From positions 736,001 to 800,000 of the forward strand of contig CAVOKF010000005.1 of NCBI GenBank assembly GCA_963696385.1: a stretch of 64,000 bases of DNA, read 5' to 3'. Source of the stretch: an uncultured delta proteobacterium. GTDB lineage: Bacteria > Myxococcota_A > Polyangia > Polyangiales > Polyangiaceae. Below are positions 26,379 to 36,519 of this stretch, one piece after another. Within the stretch, counting starts at the first letter, position 1, and every line of letters begins with the position of its first letter. The notes under the pieces were generated by a model. The model ran no database searches. It was not told where the DNA came from and worked only from the letters and a program-made list of their open reading frames with translations. Both the position numbers and the translations under genes were made by a program.

Positions 26379-28994
26379 GAGCCTTCTTGCGTCCGTTAGA
26401 GTCCACACGAGAATCGGGGTTGCTGCGAGACGGAACCCGCCGCCCTCGGTCGATTCGAGAAACGCGGCCACGCCACGACCGCCTGCAAGGGCAGCCTGAC
26501 CTTGGCCCGCGTTCGCGCCCGGGCTTGAGAGCTCAAGAGGCTCTCCGAGCACAACCCCGCTCTCCGACAGCGTGATCGCCCGCAAATCGTGCTTTGTCGG
26601 GGGACCTTCAGTCCAAACGAGCAAGAAGCGATTGCCCGGTAGCGCGACGACGCCGGGCGACATCGCTTGCTCGCCCTTGCCGCCGGGCGGCGGATTGAAC
26701 GAGGTCGGTTCCGTCGATAGATCACCCACTTTGAACCGAACCGAGCGCAGCTGCCATGCTCCGGCGGGGGACGCGCGATCGGCCCAGGCGAGGAGAACGA
26801 CGCCGTCGTTCATGGCGATGGCAGGGGCTCCGACGCCTCCGCCCAGGCCGGCGAAGCGACGGAGCTCGCCGAGCGCGGTCAGCGTGTCGCGGCCCGCCAC
26901 AAGGCCAACTTCAACCCCACCCGAATGCCGGAAGGCAATGGCCGTCGTCGACGCGCCACCGGAACGGTCGGTTGCCGCGCGCACGGCCTCGATCTCACCG
27001 TCTATCGGCCAAAGCCGACCGGCTGCAGCGCCGCCCGGACGCGACCATACGATGGTGGCGTCCGAAGCGCCGACCTGAAGGGGGGGAACGGTCGCGATCG
27101 TGCGCCGCCCGCGGATCCCCTCCGTCTCGCCGTCCCCGTCGACCATGGCGAGCGGAAGACCGTTGCTGGAGAGCCCGGGCGTCACCCGAACGATCGTCGA
27201 CGAAGAAGGGGCCGTTACCTTGGAAATGACCGACAGGGTGTTCGGGTCCAATCGGAGCGACTCTGCTTGACGATCGCGTGCCGCGAAACCGACCAGCACG
27301 TCGCCTCCGAGCACTCGAAGTTCGACTCCAGCGTTGACCAGCGCGCTTGGGGCGAGGACCTTCGGGGAGCCCGCTACGACACAAGGGGCCAGAATGGGCC
27401 GATCCTCCGATGCGGGTGCCGACACGCTTGCCGTCGAGGGCGACTGGACCGATCTGCGGTCCGGCTCAACGGGGCCGGCGAATTCGCCCGGAGCCGAATG
27501 CTGCGTGGCACTCGGGTGGCGGCGAGCAAGCGAGAAGACCACCACGACGACTCCGAACCACAGTCCGGCGAGCGCAACGGCCGGTAGAATCCACTTGGAT
27601 CGATTGTCCTTGCGGACCGGTTCCTCCAGCGTGACTCTCGCCGGCGCCGAAAGGCCCGTGCCGAGTCTACGTGCGCGCAGACGCGTGCCGAGCTCTCGCG
27701 TCAACGCGAGGAAACGCGCGGTCTGCCCTTGGGTCGTCGCCGAGGAAAGAATCGTTCGCGTGCGAGCCGCGATGCGCGCCAAGAAGGGATGGACCCGTCG
27801 CGAGTGCGCCGAGATGCGCGCCAAGAGACGCGTGCGGAGCCCTTGAGCCATCGCGGGCAGCGCCCGTGTCGTGTGCTTCAGCCGTGTGAGGGCGGCGATG
27901 AGGGGTGTCTGCGGAGGGCCGATGTCCTCCGCCTCGGCGGCCTCCGGCTCGCTTCCGTGGATCGATTCCGACACCGAGCGCTCCGGTGACGGACCCACGC
28001 TGCTGTCGGCGTGCGCCGTGGGGGGAGCCGCGAGACCTCCGTGCGGCGCGGCGGCGTCGGACATTGGGGTGCCGTCATCTCGAGCCGACTGAGCGCCGAC
28101 GGGCAGCGTCAACGCGGTGTCGTGAAGTTCCTCCGCGGCGGGGATCCGAATTTCGCGATCGACCTCCGTTGCCGGCGTACGCGGAGGCAGGCTGGGGTCG
28201 GCCGTTCGCGGAGGCAGGCTGGGGTCGGCCGTTCGCGGAGGCAGGCTGGGGTCGGCCGTTCGCGGAGGCAGGCTGGGGTCGGCCGTTCGCGGAGGCAGGC
28301 TGGCCTCGGTACCTCCCGTTTGCGGAGGGGCGTCGGCGGTTCCGGGCAGAGTCGCATCCGGCGTTTTCGGTGTCAGACTGGCGTTGGCCGATCGTGGCAG
28401 GGAGCTGTCCAGGGCCGAGTGGGCCGTTCGCGGAGGCAGGCTGGGCTTGGCCGTTCTCGGTGGCGGGCCGATCTTCGCTGCGGGTTGGGCCGTTCGCTTT
28501 GCGCGCTGCGGTTCGGCTGGCGGAAACGACGCCGCCTTGGCCGGACGGACGAAGGGGGGTGGCACGGTAGGCGGTCTACGGCTTTCGGCCACCGGGGTGG
28601 GTGGCCGTCGGGAGACCGGCGGGGCCTGCCGAATTGCGTCGGTCGTCCGCGGCGGCGGTGCCCGCAGTTCATCGACAAGGACGGATCCGCTGAGCTCCTC
28701 CGCCTCCGCCTGCGACTCGCGAGCATCATCGACCGGGAGCAACGCCGAGGTACTAACCTCTTCGACGACAAGAGGCGGTCGGCGTGGTGGCGCGCTCCGC
28801 GGCCCGGCGGACTGGCCTCGCTCTTCATCTCCAATTCGCGGCGCCGAAGAAGACCTGGCTCCCGGCGCGTCATTTGGGCCACCGTTGCCGGGGCTGCGAG
28901 CCGGCATCCTCGGCGGCGGTAAGGGGGGCCGCGAAGTACCGCCGAGCTTGGTGCCGCCGGAAGGCTCGACCTTGCGATCCCTATCTTCGCTCAC
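26292..28994 (-). CDS. Large Pro-rich single-pass membrane protein with a C-terminal beta-rich domain (true stop may be 26396)
   Basis: Long ORF with disordered Pro-rich N-terminus, TM segment WILPAVALAGLWFGVVVVVFSL, beta-rich C-terminus; as sequenced it overlaps the dsbD-like gene by 87 bp. Confidence 0.8.
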   Translation of the reverse strand: MSEDRDRKVEPSGGTKLGGTSRPPLPPPRMPARSPGNGGPNDAPGARSSSAPRIGDEERGQSAGPRSAPPRRPPLVVEEVSTSALLPVDDARESQAEAEELSGSVLVDELRAPPPRTTDAIRQAPPVSRRPPTPVAESRRPPTVPPPFVRPAKAASFPPAEPQRAKRTAQPAAKIGPPPRTAKPSLPPRTAHSALDSSLPRSANASLTPKTPDATLPGTADAPPQTGGTEASLPPRTADPSLPPRTADPSLPPRTADPSLPPRTADPSLPPRTPATEVDREIRIPAAEELHDTALTLPVGAQSARDDGTPMSDAAAPHGGLAAPPTAHADSSVGPSPERSVSESIHGSEPEAAEAEDIGPPQTPLIAALTRLKHTTRALPAMAQGLRTRLLARISAHSRRVHPFLARIAARTRTILSSATTQGQTARFLALTRELGTRLRARRLGTGLSAPARVTLEEPVRKDNRSKWILPAVALAGLWFGVVVVVFSLARRHPSATQHSAPGEFAGPVEPDRRSVQSPSTASVSAPASEDRPILAPCVVAGSPKVLAPSALVNAGVELRVLGGDVLVGFAARDRQAESLRLDPNTLSVISKVTAPSSSTIVRVTPGLSSNGLPLAMVDGDGETEGIRGRRTIATVPPLQVGASDATIVWSRPGGAAAGRLWPIDGEIEAVRAATDRSGGASTTAIAFRHSGGVEVGLVAGRDTLTALGELRRFAGLGGGVGAPAIAMNDGVVLLAWADRASPAGAWQLRSVRFKVGDLSTEPTSFNPPPGGKGEQAMSPGVVALPGNRFLLVWTEGPPTKHDLRAITLSESGVVLGEPLELSSPGANAGQGQAALAGGRGVAAFLESTEGGGFRLAATPILVWTLTDARRLLPNLDECSGETLWRDELRKPERLLPVAA
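28180..28303. repeat. 27-bp coding tandem repeat (4.6 copies; SLPPRTADP)
   Basis: CGCGGAGGCAGGCTGGGGTCGGCCGTT at 28180, 28207, 28234, 28261 plus a partial copy; degenerate copy near 28422-28456. Confidence 0.95.
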
Positions 28995-29119
28995 AGGATA
29001 CCTTTGCGATACTAGCGCCGAAGAAAACAAAAGGCTTTGCCCATGCGCGATGGCTGGCGGTCGCACCCAAACCGGCTGGCTTCACTCCTCGAAGGCCCTA
29101 CGACGACGGCAGGCTCCCA

Positions 29120-29770
29120 CTACCCATCTGCTTGTGCGACGACGGCCGATTCGACCTGTGAAGCACCCGCCGATCGGATGGCGTGTTCGCATGCGCGGAG
29201 CGTTGCGCCGGTCGTTCGAACGTCATCCACGAGCAGGACCTTTCGATTCGCGAATGGGTTTTGCGCAACGAACGCGCCGGAAACGTTGGCTGCGCGCATT
29301 CGGCGATCGAGCATCGCTTGTGTCGCCGTCTCTCTCGTGCGCGTGAGGGCCCGGGCGCACATGGGGGCGCCGAGGCGTCGCGCGATTCCGCAGGCGATGA
29401 GCGTTGCCTGGTTGAATCCGCGCTCGGCCAGACGAGACGGATGCAATGGAACCGGCACGATGACCGCGCCGCTCAGAGAGGTGCGCTGCGGCTCGATGGC
29501 TCCCCAAAGCAGATCGCTCAGGGGGCCAGCGATTTCGGGCCGACGCTCGTACTTCAAGCGAGCGATGGCCCACGCGATCGCTCCGCCGTAAACGAACGCG
29601 GTCGTCACCGATTCATGGGTCGCGACGAACCGCTCGACGGTGTACGCACAAGCTCGGCAAAATGCGACTCGCGATCGGACGGGCGCATCGCATGCTGCGC
29701 ACCGAGCAGGGACACCCGTCGGGGCCACGAGATCGCTGCCGACAGACGAAAACCGACGAGGAGGATGCAT
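29120..29770 (-). CDS. comF: ComF-family phosphoribosyltransferase with zinc ribbon
   Basis: CAAC...FCRAC, VPVPLH, RGFNQA, LLVDDVRTTGATL. Confidence 0.9.
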   Translation of the reverse strand: MHPPRRFSSVGSDLVAPTGVPARCAACDAPVRSRVAFCRACAYTVERFVATHESVTTAFVYGGAIAWAIARLKYERRPEIAGPLSDLLWGAIEPQRTSLSGAVIVPVPLHPSRLAERGFNQATLIACGIARRLGAPMCARALTRTRETATQAMLDRRMRAANVSGAFVAQNPFANRKVLLVDDVRTTGATLRACEHAIRSAGASQVESAVVAQADG

Positions 29771-29809
29771 CCTACCCCCCCCTCGGCCGCCTGCGTTCGA
29801 AGTTGCTCG

Positions 29810-30421
29810 TCAGGTTGCCCGTGGCCACTCGTCCGCGGTCACGGCGAACACGAAGTGGTCTTGCCATGCCCCCGCGATGCAAAGGTATCGCTCCGCGAGC
29901 CCCTCACGCCGGAAGCCGGCTTTTTCGAGGACGCGCTGGCTTGCCCGATTGCTCGGCATCACCGCCGCCTGCACGCGATGCAACCGCGCAAATGCGAACG
30001 CAAACGTGGTTGCCGCGCGCACCGCTTCGGTCATCAGGCCACGGTTTTGGCGGTCGGCATCGATCCAGTACCCCAGGTATGCATTCTGAAAGGCGCCTCG
30101 CAGGATGCCGCCGAGCGCGACGCGTCCGATGACGATCGATTCGTCGCCGCGCGGGATGACGAGCAGCACGTACGTCTGGCCCTGCCGCCATTCGCGGCGA
30201 TGCCGCAAGACGGCCCGCGAAACGGCGGTCAGAGAGGCCGGATCTTCGCCCGGCGTGGGCGCCACGCTCCACGGTTTCAGGTGTGCGGCATTCTTGCGGA
30301 GTGCGTGGCGCATTCGAGCGACGTCGGACGTGCGCGGAGCTCGCAGCACCAACCGTTCGGTCACGATGCGCGTCGAGAGCGGCGTCGACACGGGCCCATC
30401 GGGCGGTGCGCTCTCAGTCAT
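29810..30421 (-). CDS. RimJ/RimL-family GNAT N-acetyltransferase
   Basis: TERLVLR, LGYWID, GLMTEAV, LHRVQA, NRASQRVLEKAGF, WQDH. Confidence 0.92.
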   Translation of the reverse strand: MTESAPPDGPVSTPLSTRIVTERLVLRAPRTSDVARMRHALRKNAAHLKPWSVAPTPGEDPASLTAVSRAVLRHRREWRQGQTYVLLVIPRGDESIVIGRVALGGILRGAFQNAYLGYWIDADRQNRGLMTEAVRAATTFAFAFARLHRVQAAVMPSNRASQRVLEKAGFRREGLAERYLCIAGAWQDHFVFAVTADEWPRAT

Positions 30422-30435
30422 CCAGACTCAGATAT

Positions 30436-32679
30436 TCATAACAGTTGCACGGGGTCGACGTCGATCGATGAGCGCACCCCCCGCCCGAGCCCCGAACGAC
30501 ATCCGTCGATCGCGCCGAGGACCAGGCGAAGTGCCGTCCGCTCCGACGCACGCAGCATCAACCGGAAGCGAAAGCGGTTGCGGATGCGGGCGATCGGCGC
30601 GGGCGCCGGGCCCTGCAACGTCACTCGCCCGCTTCGCACGGACTCCGTCGCGCTCGCGACCTGCGCCAAGGTCTTCGAAGCGTCGCGAGCCTCGCCCTCG
30701 TCGAGGGCGTCGACCCGCACGAGTGCAGAGCGTGTGAGCGGCGGGTATCCAAGTTCGCGGCGATCGGCGAGCTCTCGCTCGAGGAACGCATCGACGTCGT
30801 GTTCGGCCGCGAGCGCGATGGCCGGGTGCTGCGGATCCCATGTCTGGACGATGACGCGTCCGGGCGTGTCGCCGCGACCTGCACGACCCGCCACCTGAAC
30901 GAGCAGCTGGAACGAGCGCTCCGCGGCTCGAAAATCCGGAATACTCAGCGCGGCGTCCGCATTGACGACTCCGACGAGCGTTACATTTGGCAGATCGTGG
31001 CCTTTGGTCACCATTTGAGTTCCGATCAGGATATCGATTTCGCGCGCCCGGACTCGGGCCAGGATCGCTTCGATTTTCTTTCCCTTCGCCACATCGCGGT
31101 CCAATCTGGCGACCCGCGCGTGGGGGAAGGCGGCCGAGAGCGTCTCTTCCAGCTTTTCGGTACCGACGCCTTCGAGCGCGAGCGCCTCGGCGCCGCACGC
31201 GGCGCAACGCGGTCCGAGCGGCGCCTCGAAGTCGCAGTAGTGGCACCGAACGGTGCCCGAGCGCTTGTGGAACGTGAGTGCCACCGAGCAGGATTCGCAC
31301 ATCGCCACTTTGCCGCAGGCCTCACAGCGAATGCTGGGCGCAAATCCCCTGCGGTTCAGAAATAGGATCACTTGCTCGTGCGACCGGAGCGTGTCTTCGA
31401 TCGCGCGGTACAAGGGCATGCTGATGCGTCGGTCGCCCGTCGGACCCGGACCGATGCGCCGCAGGTCGATGAGATCGACGCGGGGCATTGGTTGCGCCCG
31501 CGCACGGTCGGGCAGCCGGAGCTTGATTGCGCGCCCGGTCCGCGCCAGGTGTTCGCTCTCGAGCGAGGGCGTCGCGCTGCCGAGCACGCACACGCCGCCC
31601 GTCCGACGCGCTCGCCAGATGGCCATGTCGCGCGCGTGGTAACGAACGCCTTCCTCCTGCTTGAAGCTCGGGTCGTGCTCCTCGTCGACTATGACGAGCG
31701 CCAGCCGTCGGACCGGCGCGAACAGAGCGCTCCGTGCCCCAATCGCCACGTCGACCTCGCCGACCCGCAACCTCTTCCACATGGCGTGCCGCTCGCGCGG
31801 CGTCAGCCCCGAGTGCAGGACTGCGACCTCGTCTCCGAAGCGCGCACGGAAGCTCGCGACGAGCTGCGGGGTGAGCGCGATCTCGGGAACCAGCATGATG
31901 GCGCCCTTGCCGCACTGGCGAGCCGCAGCGATTGCGCGAAGGTAGACCTCCGTCTTGCCGCTTCCCGTCACTCCGTGAAGAAGAAATGTTTGCGGTCGGA
32001 TGGACGCAATCGCCGTGGCGATGGCATCGACCGCCGCGGTCTGCGCGTCCGTGGCGCGGTGCGGCGCGTCACGCGCGACCGACCCGCTGAAGAGCGGATC
32101 CGCGGGAGCATCGCGCTCTTCGACCACCACGAGGCCAAGCTTGAGGAGCCCTTTCACCGCGGCGCGGGCGTTTCGCCATCGAGACTCGAGCCGACCGACC
32201 GGCTCCGCACCTGCCGCGCGCAAGTACGCCACGATCGCTTTGGGTTGCCCGCGCAGCGTGCCCGGCGTTTCGACCTGCGGCGTCGCACGAACCCACTGAA
32301 CCCGCCGCGTCGCCACGCCTCGTGCGCGATCGAAAAGCGTCGGGTCTTCGAGCTCGCGGGCGGTCTCTCGATCCATCGGAGGCAAGGCGAGGCGGACGAC
32401 CTCACCGATGGGCGCAAAGTAATACGCCGCGAGGTCGAGCAGAAAGGCAAGTAGGTCCGGCGGAATCGAGGGCTCGTCATCGACGACACTCGTAAGCATC
32501 GTCGTTCCGCTCGGCGCCTCGCCCTCTCGCAGAGCCAAAACGACGCCCACCAGACGACGCGTCCGGACCTTGCAGACCACCCGGGCGCCCACGGCCGCGC
32601 GCGAGGCCAGCGCCTCCGGCACGGCGTAGGTGAAGGCACGTGCGACCGGTACCGGCAGCGCGACGTCCGCCAACAACAC
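30436..32679 (-). CDS. priA: Primosomal protein N' (replication restart helicase)
   Basis: HGVTGSGKTEVY, VPEIALTPQ, DEEHD, four CxxC, GTQMVTKGHD, QVAGRAGR. Confidence 0.98.
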   Translation of the reverse strand: MLLADVALPVPVARAFTYAVPEALASRAAVGARVVCKVRTRRLVGVVLALREGEAPSGTTMLTSVVDDEPSIPPDLLAFLLDLAAYYFAPIGEVVRLALPPMDRETARELEDPTLFDRARGVATRRVQWVRATPQVETPGTLRGQPKAIVAYLRAAGAEPVGRLESRWRNARAAVKGLLKLGLVVVEERDAPADPLFSGSVARDAPHRATDAQTAAVDAIATAIASIRPQTFLLHGVTGSGKTEVYLRAIAAARQCGKGAIMLVPEIALTPQLVASFRARFGDEVAVLHSGLTPRERHAMWKRLRVGEVDVAIGARSALFAPVRRLALVIVDEEHDPSFKQEEGVRYHARDMAIWRARRTGGVCVLGSATPSLESEHLARTGRAIKLRLPDRARAQPMPRVDLIDLRRIGPGPTGDRRISMPLYRAIEDTLRSHEQVILFLNRRGFAPSIRCEACGKVAMCESCSVALTFHKRSGTVRCHYCDFEAPLGPRCAACGAEALALEGVGTEKLEETLSAAFPHARVARLDRDVAKGKKIEAILARVRAREIDILIGTQMVTKGHDLPNVTLVGVVNADAALSIPDFRAAERSFQLLVQVAGRAGRGDTPGRVIVQTWDPQHPAIALAAEHDVDAFLERELADRRELGYPPLTRSALVRVDALDEGEARDASKTLAQVASATESVRSGRVTLQGPAPAPIARIRNRFRFRLMLRASERTALRLVLGAIDGCRSGLGRGVRSSIDVDPVQLL

Positions 32680-32681
32680 GC

Positions 32682-33977
32682 CTAACGCACCGCGATCGCG
32701 AGGGCAGCGGTCACGAATCCGATGATCACCAGGACCGTGACGGCCGCCAGCCTCAGGAGGTTGCGATCGCTCGGTCCGGCCGGACGCCGATCGGAAGGCG
32801 GGGCGATGGTACTCGCATGCAGCGGGGTGGGCGTGGGCACCTCGGGCGTGAGCGCCGTCGGCTTCAAGGGCGACGGTCCCGTGTCCGATCGCCGTTCAGC
32901 GTCGGCAGTCGCCCCCTCTGGGCCCTGGTCGGACCCGAGGGCAACAAACACGATAGGGGCGCCCCGCTCCAGCGCTTCCGCCGCACGCTCGCGTGCTCGC
33001 CGCTTCGCGACGATCTCCGCGCCAAATGTCTTCGCAAGCCAGTCCCCGAGCTGGAGGGGGCTCGTCATCAGCTTGGCCTGGATCGCGTAATCGTGCAGAT
33101 CTCGCTGCATGGCCGCCGCCGACGGATAACGCATCTCGCGGCGGGGTGAGAGCGCCTTGCCGACGATCTTGCGCAGCCGATCCTCGGCGGGTAACCCGCG
33201 AGTCGGAAGTTCCGGGATCTCGGCGCGACGCGCGCGTTCGATCAAGGTCGGACCGCCCTCTTCGGGTGCCTCCTTGTACAGACGCCGCCCGGCTGCGAGC
33301 TCCCACAAGACGATTCCTACGGCGAACACGTCTGCTCGAGAATCGATGGGCTCACCGCGGGCCTGTTCGGGGCTCATGTAGCCCGCCTTGCCCTTGATGG
33401 CCTCGTCGAAGTGATGCGCGGCCACGGTTCCAATGGCCGTATTCGCTCGTGCGATACCGAAGTCGCAGACCTTGACTTCGCCTTCGAACGATACGAGCAG
33501 GTTCGAAGGCGACACGTCGCGATGAACGATCCCGAGCGGTCGGCCCGCCTCATCCGTTCTGCGGTGCGCGTAGTCGAGACCGCTCAGAGCTTCGCGGATG
33601 ACGTGTGTCGCGAGTTCAAAGGGGATCGGCACTTTGGCGCGCGAACATCGACGCAGCAGGTCGTTCATGTCGAACCCCTCGACATACTCCATGGCGATGT
33701 AGAGCCGTCCGTCTTCGCGTCCGAGATCGAACACTTGTACGACGTTGGCGTGACTGAGGCCCGCGGCAAGCTTGGCCTCGTGGACGAGCATCTCGCTGAA
33801 GCCCGAGTCGTTCGCGAGTTCGGGAAGGATCTGCTTGACGACGCAACGCCGCGACGCTCCAAATTCGGATTTCTGGCGGGCGAGGTAAATTTCGGCCATG
33901 CCGCCCTTTCCGATGAAGTCGAAGAGGGCGTAACGGCCGAACGAGCGCGGCAGGGCGATACTGGGGGCAGCCGACAT
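32682..33977 (-). CDS. Hanks-type Ser/Thr protein kinase with a C-terminal TM helix
   Basis: GKGGMAEIY, VVK, HRDVSPSN, DFG, YMSPE, DVFAVG. Confidence 0.95.
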   Translation of the reverse strand: MSAAPSIALPRSFGRYALFDFIGKGGMAEIYLARQKSEFGASRRCVVKQILPELANDSGFSEMLVHEAKLAAGLSHANVVQVFDLGREDGRLYIAMEYVEGFDMNDLLRRCSRAKVPIPFELATHVIREALSGLDYAHRRTDEAGRPLGIVHRDVSPSNLLVSFEGEVKVCDFGIARANTAIGTVAAHHFDEAIKGKAGYMSPEQARGEPIDSRADVFAVGIVLWELAAGRRLYKEAPEEGGPTLIERARRAEIPELPTRGLPAEDRLRKIVGKALSPRREMRYPSAAAMQRDLHDYAIQAKLMTSPLQLGDWLAKTFGAEIVAKRRARERAAEALERGAPIVFVALGSDQGPEGATADAERRSDTGPSPLKPTALTPEVPTPTPLHASTIAPPSDRRPAGPSDRNLLRLAAVTVLVIIGFVTAALAIAVR

Positions 33978-34263
33978 CCGTAGGCAAAGGTCATCGTACC
34001 TAGGTTCGCAGCCGTCAAGCACCCCGGCGTCGGTCGCGCCAAATCCCGCGGTAGCGCGCTTGGCGCGGTCCCGCGCTCGATGTCGTGCGCGGAACTCGCG
34101 GAAAATGGCCGTGGAGGCCGGGAGTTTGCCCCGGACCCGTGTGAATGCACCGCGGATGCGCTCTCTCCAGGACCACGACGGTTGGCTCTACCGGGCGTGA
34201 CAATCCCCCGATCTGCAGCACGAGCCAGTGGTCATCTCGAGCGAGGGTCCGCATAATGTCCCC

Positions 34264-35772
34264 ATGTCGTCGCCTCCCCCGCAGGGACGGTCGCCGTCGG
34301 CCACCGAGGCGTTCTCCGACGACTTGGCGGTGACGGCGGCAGCTCGCGTGGACGGGCCCCCCGTTTCGCGCCTCGGACGCTTGGCTCGCCTCGGCGCGCT
34401 CGCGCCGCGGGCGATTCCCATCGCCGCCGAAGCCGTTCGGAGGGCCGTCGGTGGGCGCCGGAGTGAGGACGACGAAGCACAAGCTCGACGGCGGCTCGTC
34501 CAGAACGCGAAGAAGACGGCCGACGCGATGCTCAAGACTCTGGGAGAGATGAAGGGCCTGCCGCTGAAACTCGGTCAAATGGCCTCATACATCGATGGGC
34601 TCGCTCCACCGGGATACGAGGAAAAGCTGCAGCGCGTGCTCGTGCGCTTGCAACAGAAGGCGCCCCCGCTCTCGCCCGAGGCGGCGGTGAAGGTGGTGCG
34701 CGAGGACTTCGGGGCCGACCCCAGGGAACTCTTTGCCCGCTGGGAGAGCGAACCGTTCGCGGCCGCCAGCATTGGCCAGGTGCACCGCGCGGTCACCCGG
34801 GCCGGTGAGACCGTTGCCGTCAAGGTGCAATACCCGGGCATCGACAAGGCGATCGAGAACGATCTGAAAAGCCTTTCCCTGCTCGAGTCGATCATCGCTC
34901 CGATAGGGCGTCGTTATCAGTCGAAGCAGACGCTCGAGGAGATTCGGAGCGTGTTTCTCGCCGAGGTGGACTATCGCGTCGAGGCCGACGCGGTCGAGAG
35001 CTTCCGTCGCATTCACGAGGGCGATGACGAGATCGTCGTGCCACGCATCCTGCATTCTCTGTCGAGCAAGCGAGTGCTCACGATGGAACTCATGGGCGGC
35101 CTCGACTACTCCGAGTTCTGCGAGCGTGCCCCGCAACGCGATCACGACGCGGCGGGGGAGACGCTCGCGCGGTTCATGTTCCGCGCGCTCTGGCGTCATG
35201 GTCTACTCTACGCTGATCCGCACCCGGGCAATTACCGTTTTCTCGGCGGCGGCCGCGTGGCGTTTCTCGATTTCGGCTGTCACAAGCGCATCTCCTCCTC
35301 GCTCGTGGAAGGCATGAAGCGGTACATCACGGCGCTCCAGCGGGGGGATATGCCCGCATTCCTGCGAGCGTGCGTCGACGTTCTCGGGTACGACCCGAAC
35401 GACGAGGAAAGCTTTCGACTCTACACCGAATACACGAAGCTGATTCTCCAACCGCTCGTGGTCGACGCACGATTCCGATACACGAAGGAGTTCGCACGCG
35501 AGAGTGTTGCATTCTTGGTACGTGGCGGACGCCGGATCGTCTTCAAACCAGACGACAAGTTGCCAAACCTTCCCGCGCCCGTCCGCATGCCCACCGACTT
35601 TACCTTCGTCAATCGGCTGCAATGGGGTTTCGGAAGTGTACTCGCCGGACTCGGCGCCGAAGCGAACTGGCGGCGGCTTGTTGCGCCGTGGGTCGAAGGG
35701 GCGGTCTTTCCGATCCCGGGAGAGGTCGAAGGGGCGGTCTTTCCGATCCCGGGAGAGGTGGCCCGCGACTGA
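34264..35772 (+). CDS. ABC1/AarF/UbiB-family atypical kinase
   Basis: LKLGQ, AAASIGQVHRA, VAVKVQYPG, ADPHPGN, LDFG. Confidence 0.94.
   Translation: MSSPPPQGRSPSATEAFSDDLAVTAAARVDGPPVSRLGRLARLGALAPRAIPIAAEAVRRAVGGRRSEDDEAQARRRLVQNAKKTADAMLKTLGEMKGLPLKLGQMASYIDGLAPPGYEEKLQRVLVRLQQKAPPLSPEAAVKVVREDFGADPRELFARWESEPFAAASIGQVHRAVTRAGETVAVKVQYPGIDKAIENDLKSLSLLESIIAPIGRRYQSKQTLEEIRSVFLAEVDYRVEADAVESFRRIHEGDDEIVVPRILHSLSSKRVLTMELMGGLDYSEFCERAPQRDHDAAGETLARFMFRALWRHGLLYADPHPGNYRFLGGGRVAFLDFGCHKRISSSLVEGMKRYITALQRGDMPAFLRACVDVLGYDPNDEESFRLYTEYTKLILQPLVVDARFRYTKEFARESVAFLVRGGRRIVFKPDDKLPNLPAPVRMPTDFTFVNRLQWGFGSVLAGLGAEANWRRLVAPWVEGAVFPIPGEVEGAVFPIPGEVARD
35691..35756 (+). repeat. Perfect 33-bp tandem duplication at the kinase C-terminus (VEGAVFPIPGE x2)
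   Basis: GGTCGAAGGGGCGGTCTTTCCGATCCCGGGAGA twice. Confidence 0.95.
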
Positions 35773-35909
35773 CGTCGCACGGCTCTGCCGACGTCGAACG
35801 CGGGCGAATAGGGGCTTGCCAAGCGCCTGAGAGGCGAGCATGAATTCGGCCCAATCCGCAGGCCCCACGGACGAGTAGGCACACAAGCCCGGAGGCAAGG
35901 ACGACGAGC

Positions 35910-36341
35910 ATGAAAAAGACAATCACCCTCATGACTGCAACGTTGGCTGTCGCATTCGCTGGAGCCGCCCTTTCCGCGTGCGGCAGTGGCGACGACAACA
36001 CCGTCGCGCCTCCGTCGACGACAGACGGTGGTGGCCACGACGCGACGACGACCACCGACTCGGGCGGCGATGGCGCGACCGATGCGGTCAGCGATGGTGC
36101 GAACGATGCGGCCGGTGATGGCGCGAGCGACGCGGCCAGCGACGGTGCGAGCGATGCGGGCAGCGATGGCGCGAGCGATGCGGGCAGCGATGGTGCAACC
36201 GACGCGGCCAGCGATGGCGCAACCGACGCGGCCAGCGATGCCGCAACCGACGCGGGCGATGCTGCAACCGACTCGGGCGTCGACGGTGCCACCGACGCCG
36301 CGACGGACGCGGCCGGTGACGGTGCCATCGACGCGGGGTAG
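35910..36341 (+). CDS. Asp/Gly/Ala-repeat lipoprotein
   Basis: Signal peptide with lipobox LSAC; about 11 DG(A)(T/S)DA(A/G)S octads. Confidence 0.88.
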   Translation: MKKTITLMTATLAVAFAGAALSACGSGDDNTVAPPSTTDGGGHDATTTTDSGGDGATDAVSDGANDAAGDGASDAASDGASDAGSDGASDAGSDGATDAASDGATDAASDAATDAGDAATDSGVDGATDAATDAAGDGAIDAG

Positions 36342-36519
36342 CGAGTTTCGAGGCTAGTCGAGCAGGGGGCCGCACACTCGGTACAGCGCCCCGATAGGCG
36401 GCCGAGCTGCGCCGGGGTACGCCTGCGTTGCAGACTGGTGCTGTACTAAGGTGGTTTCCTCGGGGCTTCGCCCCAACCCCCCAATCGCCTCTTGGCGATT
36501 GAAGTACACCGCCCGGCTG

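Noticed and set aside
28180..28303. Possible CRISPR array
   Set aside because: Repeats are contiguous with no spacers, 27 bp in-frame coding units, and no cas genes are present.
36060..36340. Possible CRISPR or ncRNA repeat array
   Set aside because: Degenerate 24-bp coding repeats inside a lipoprotein ORF.
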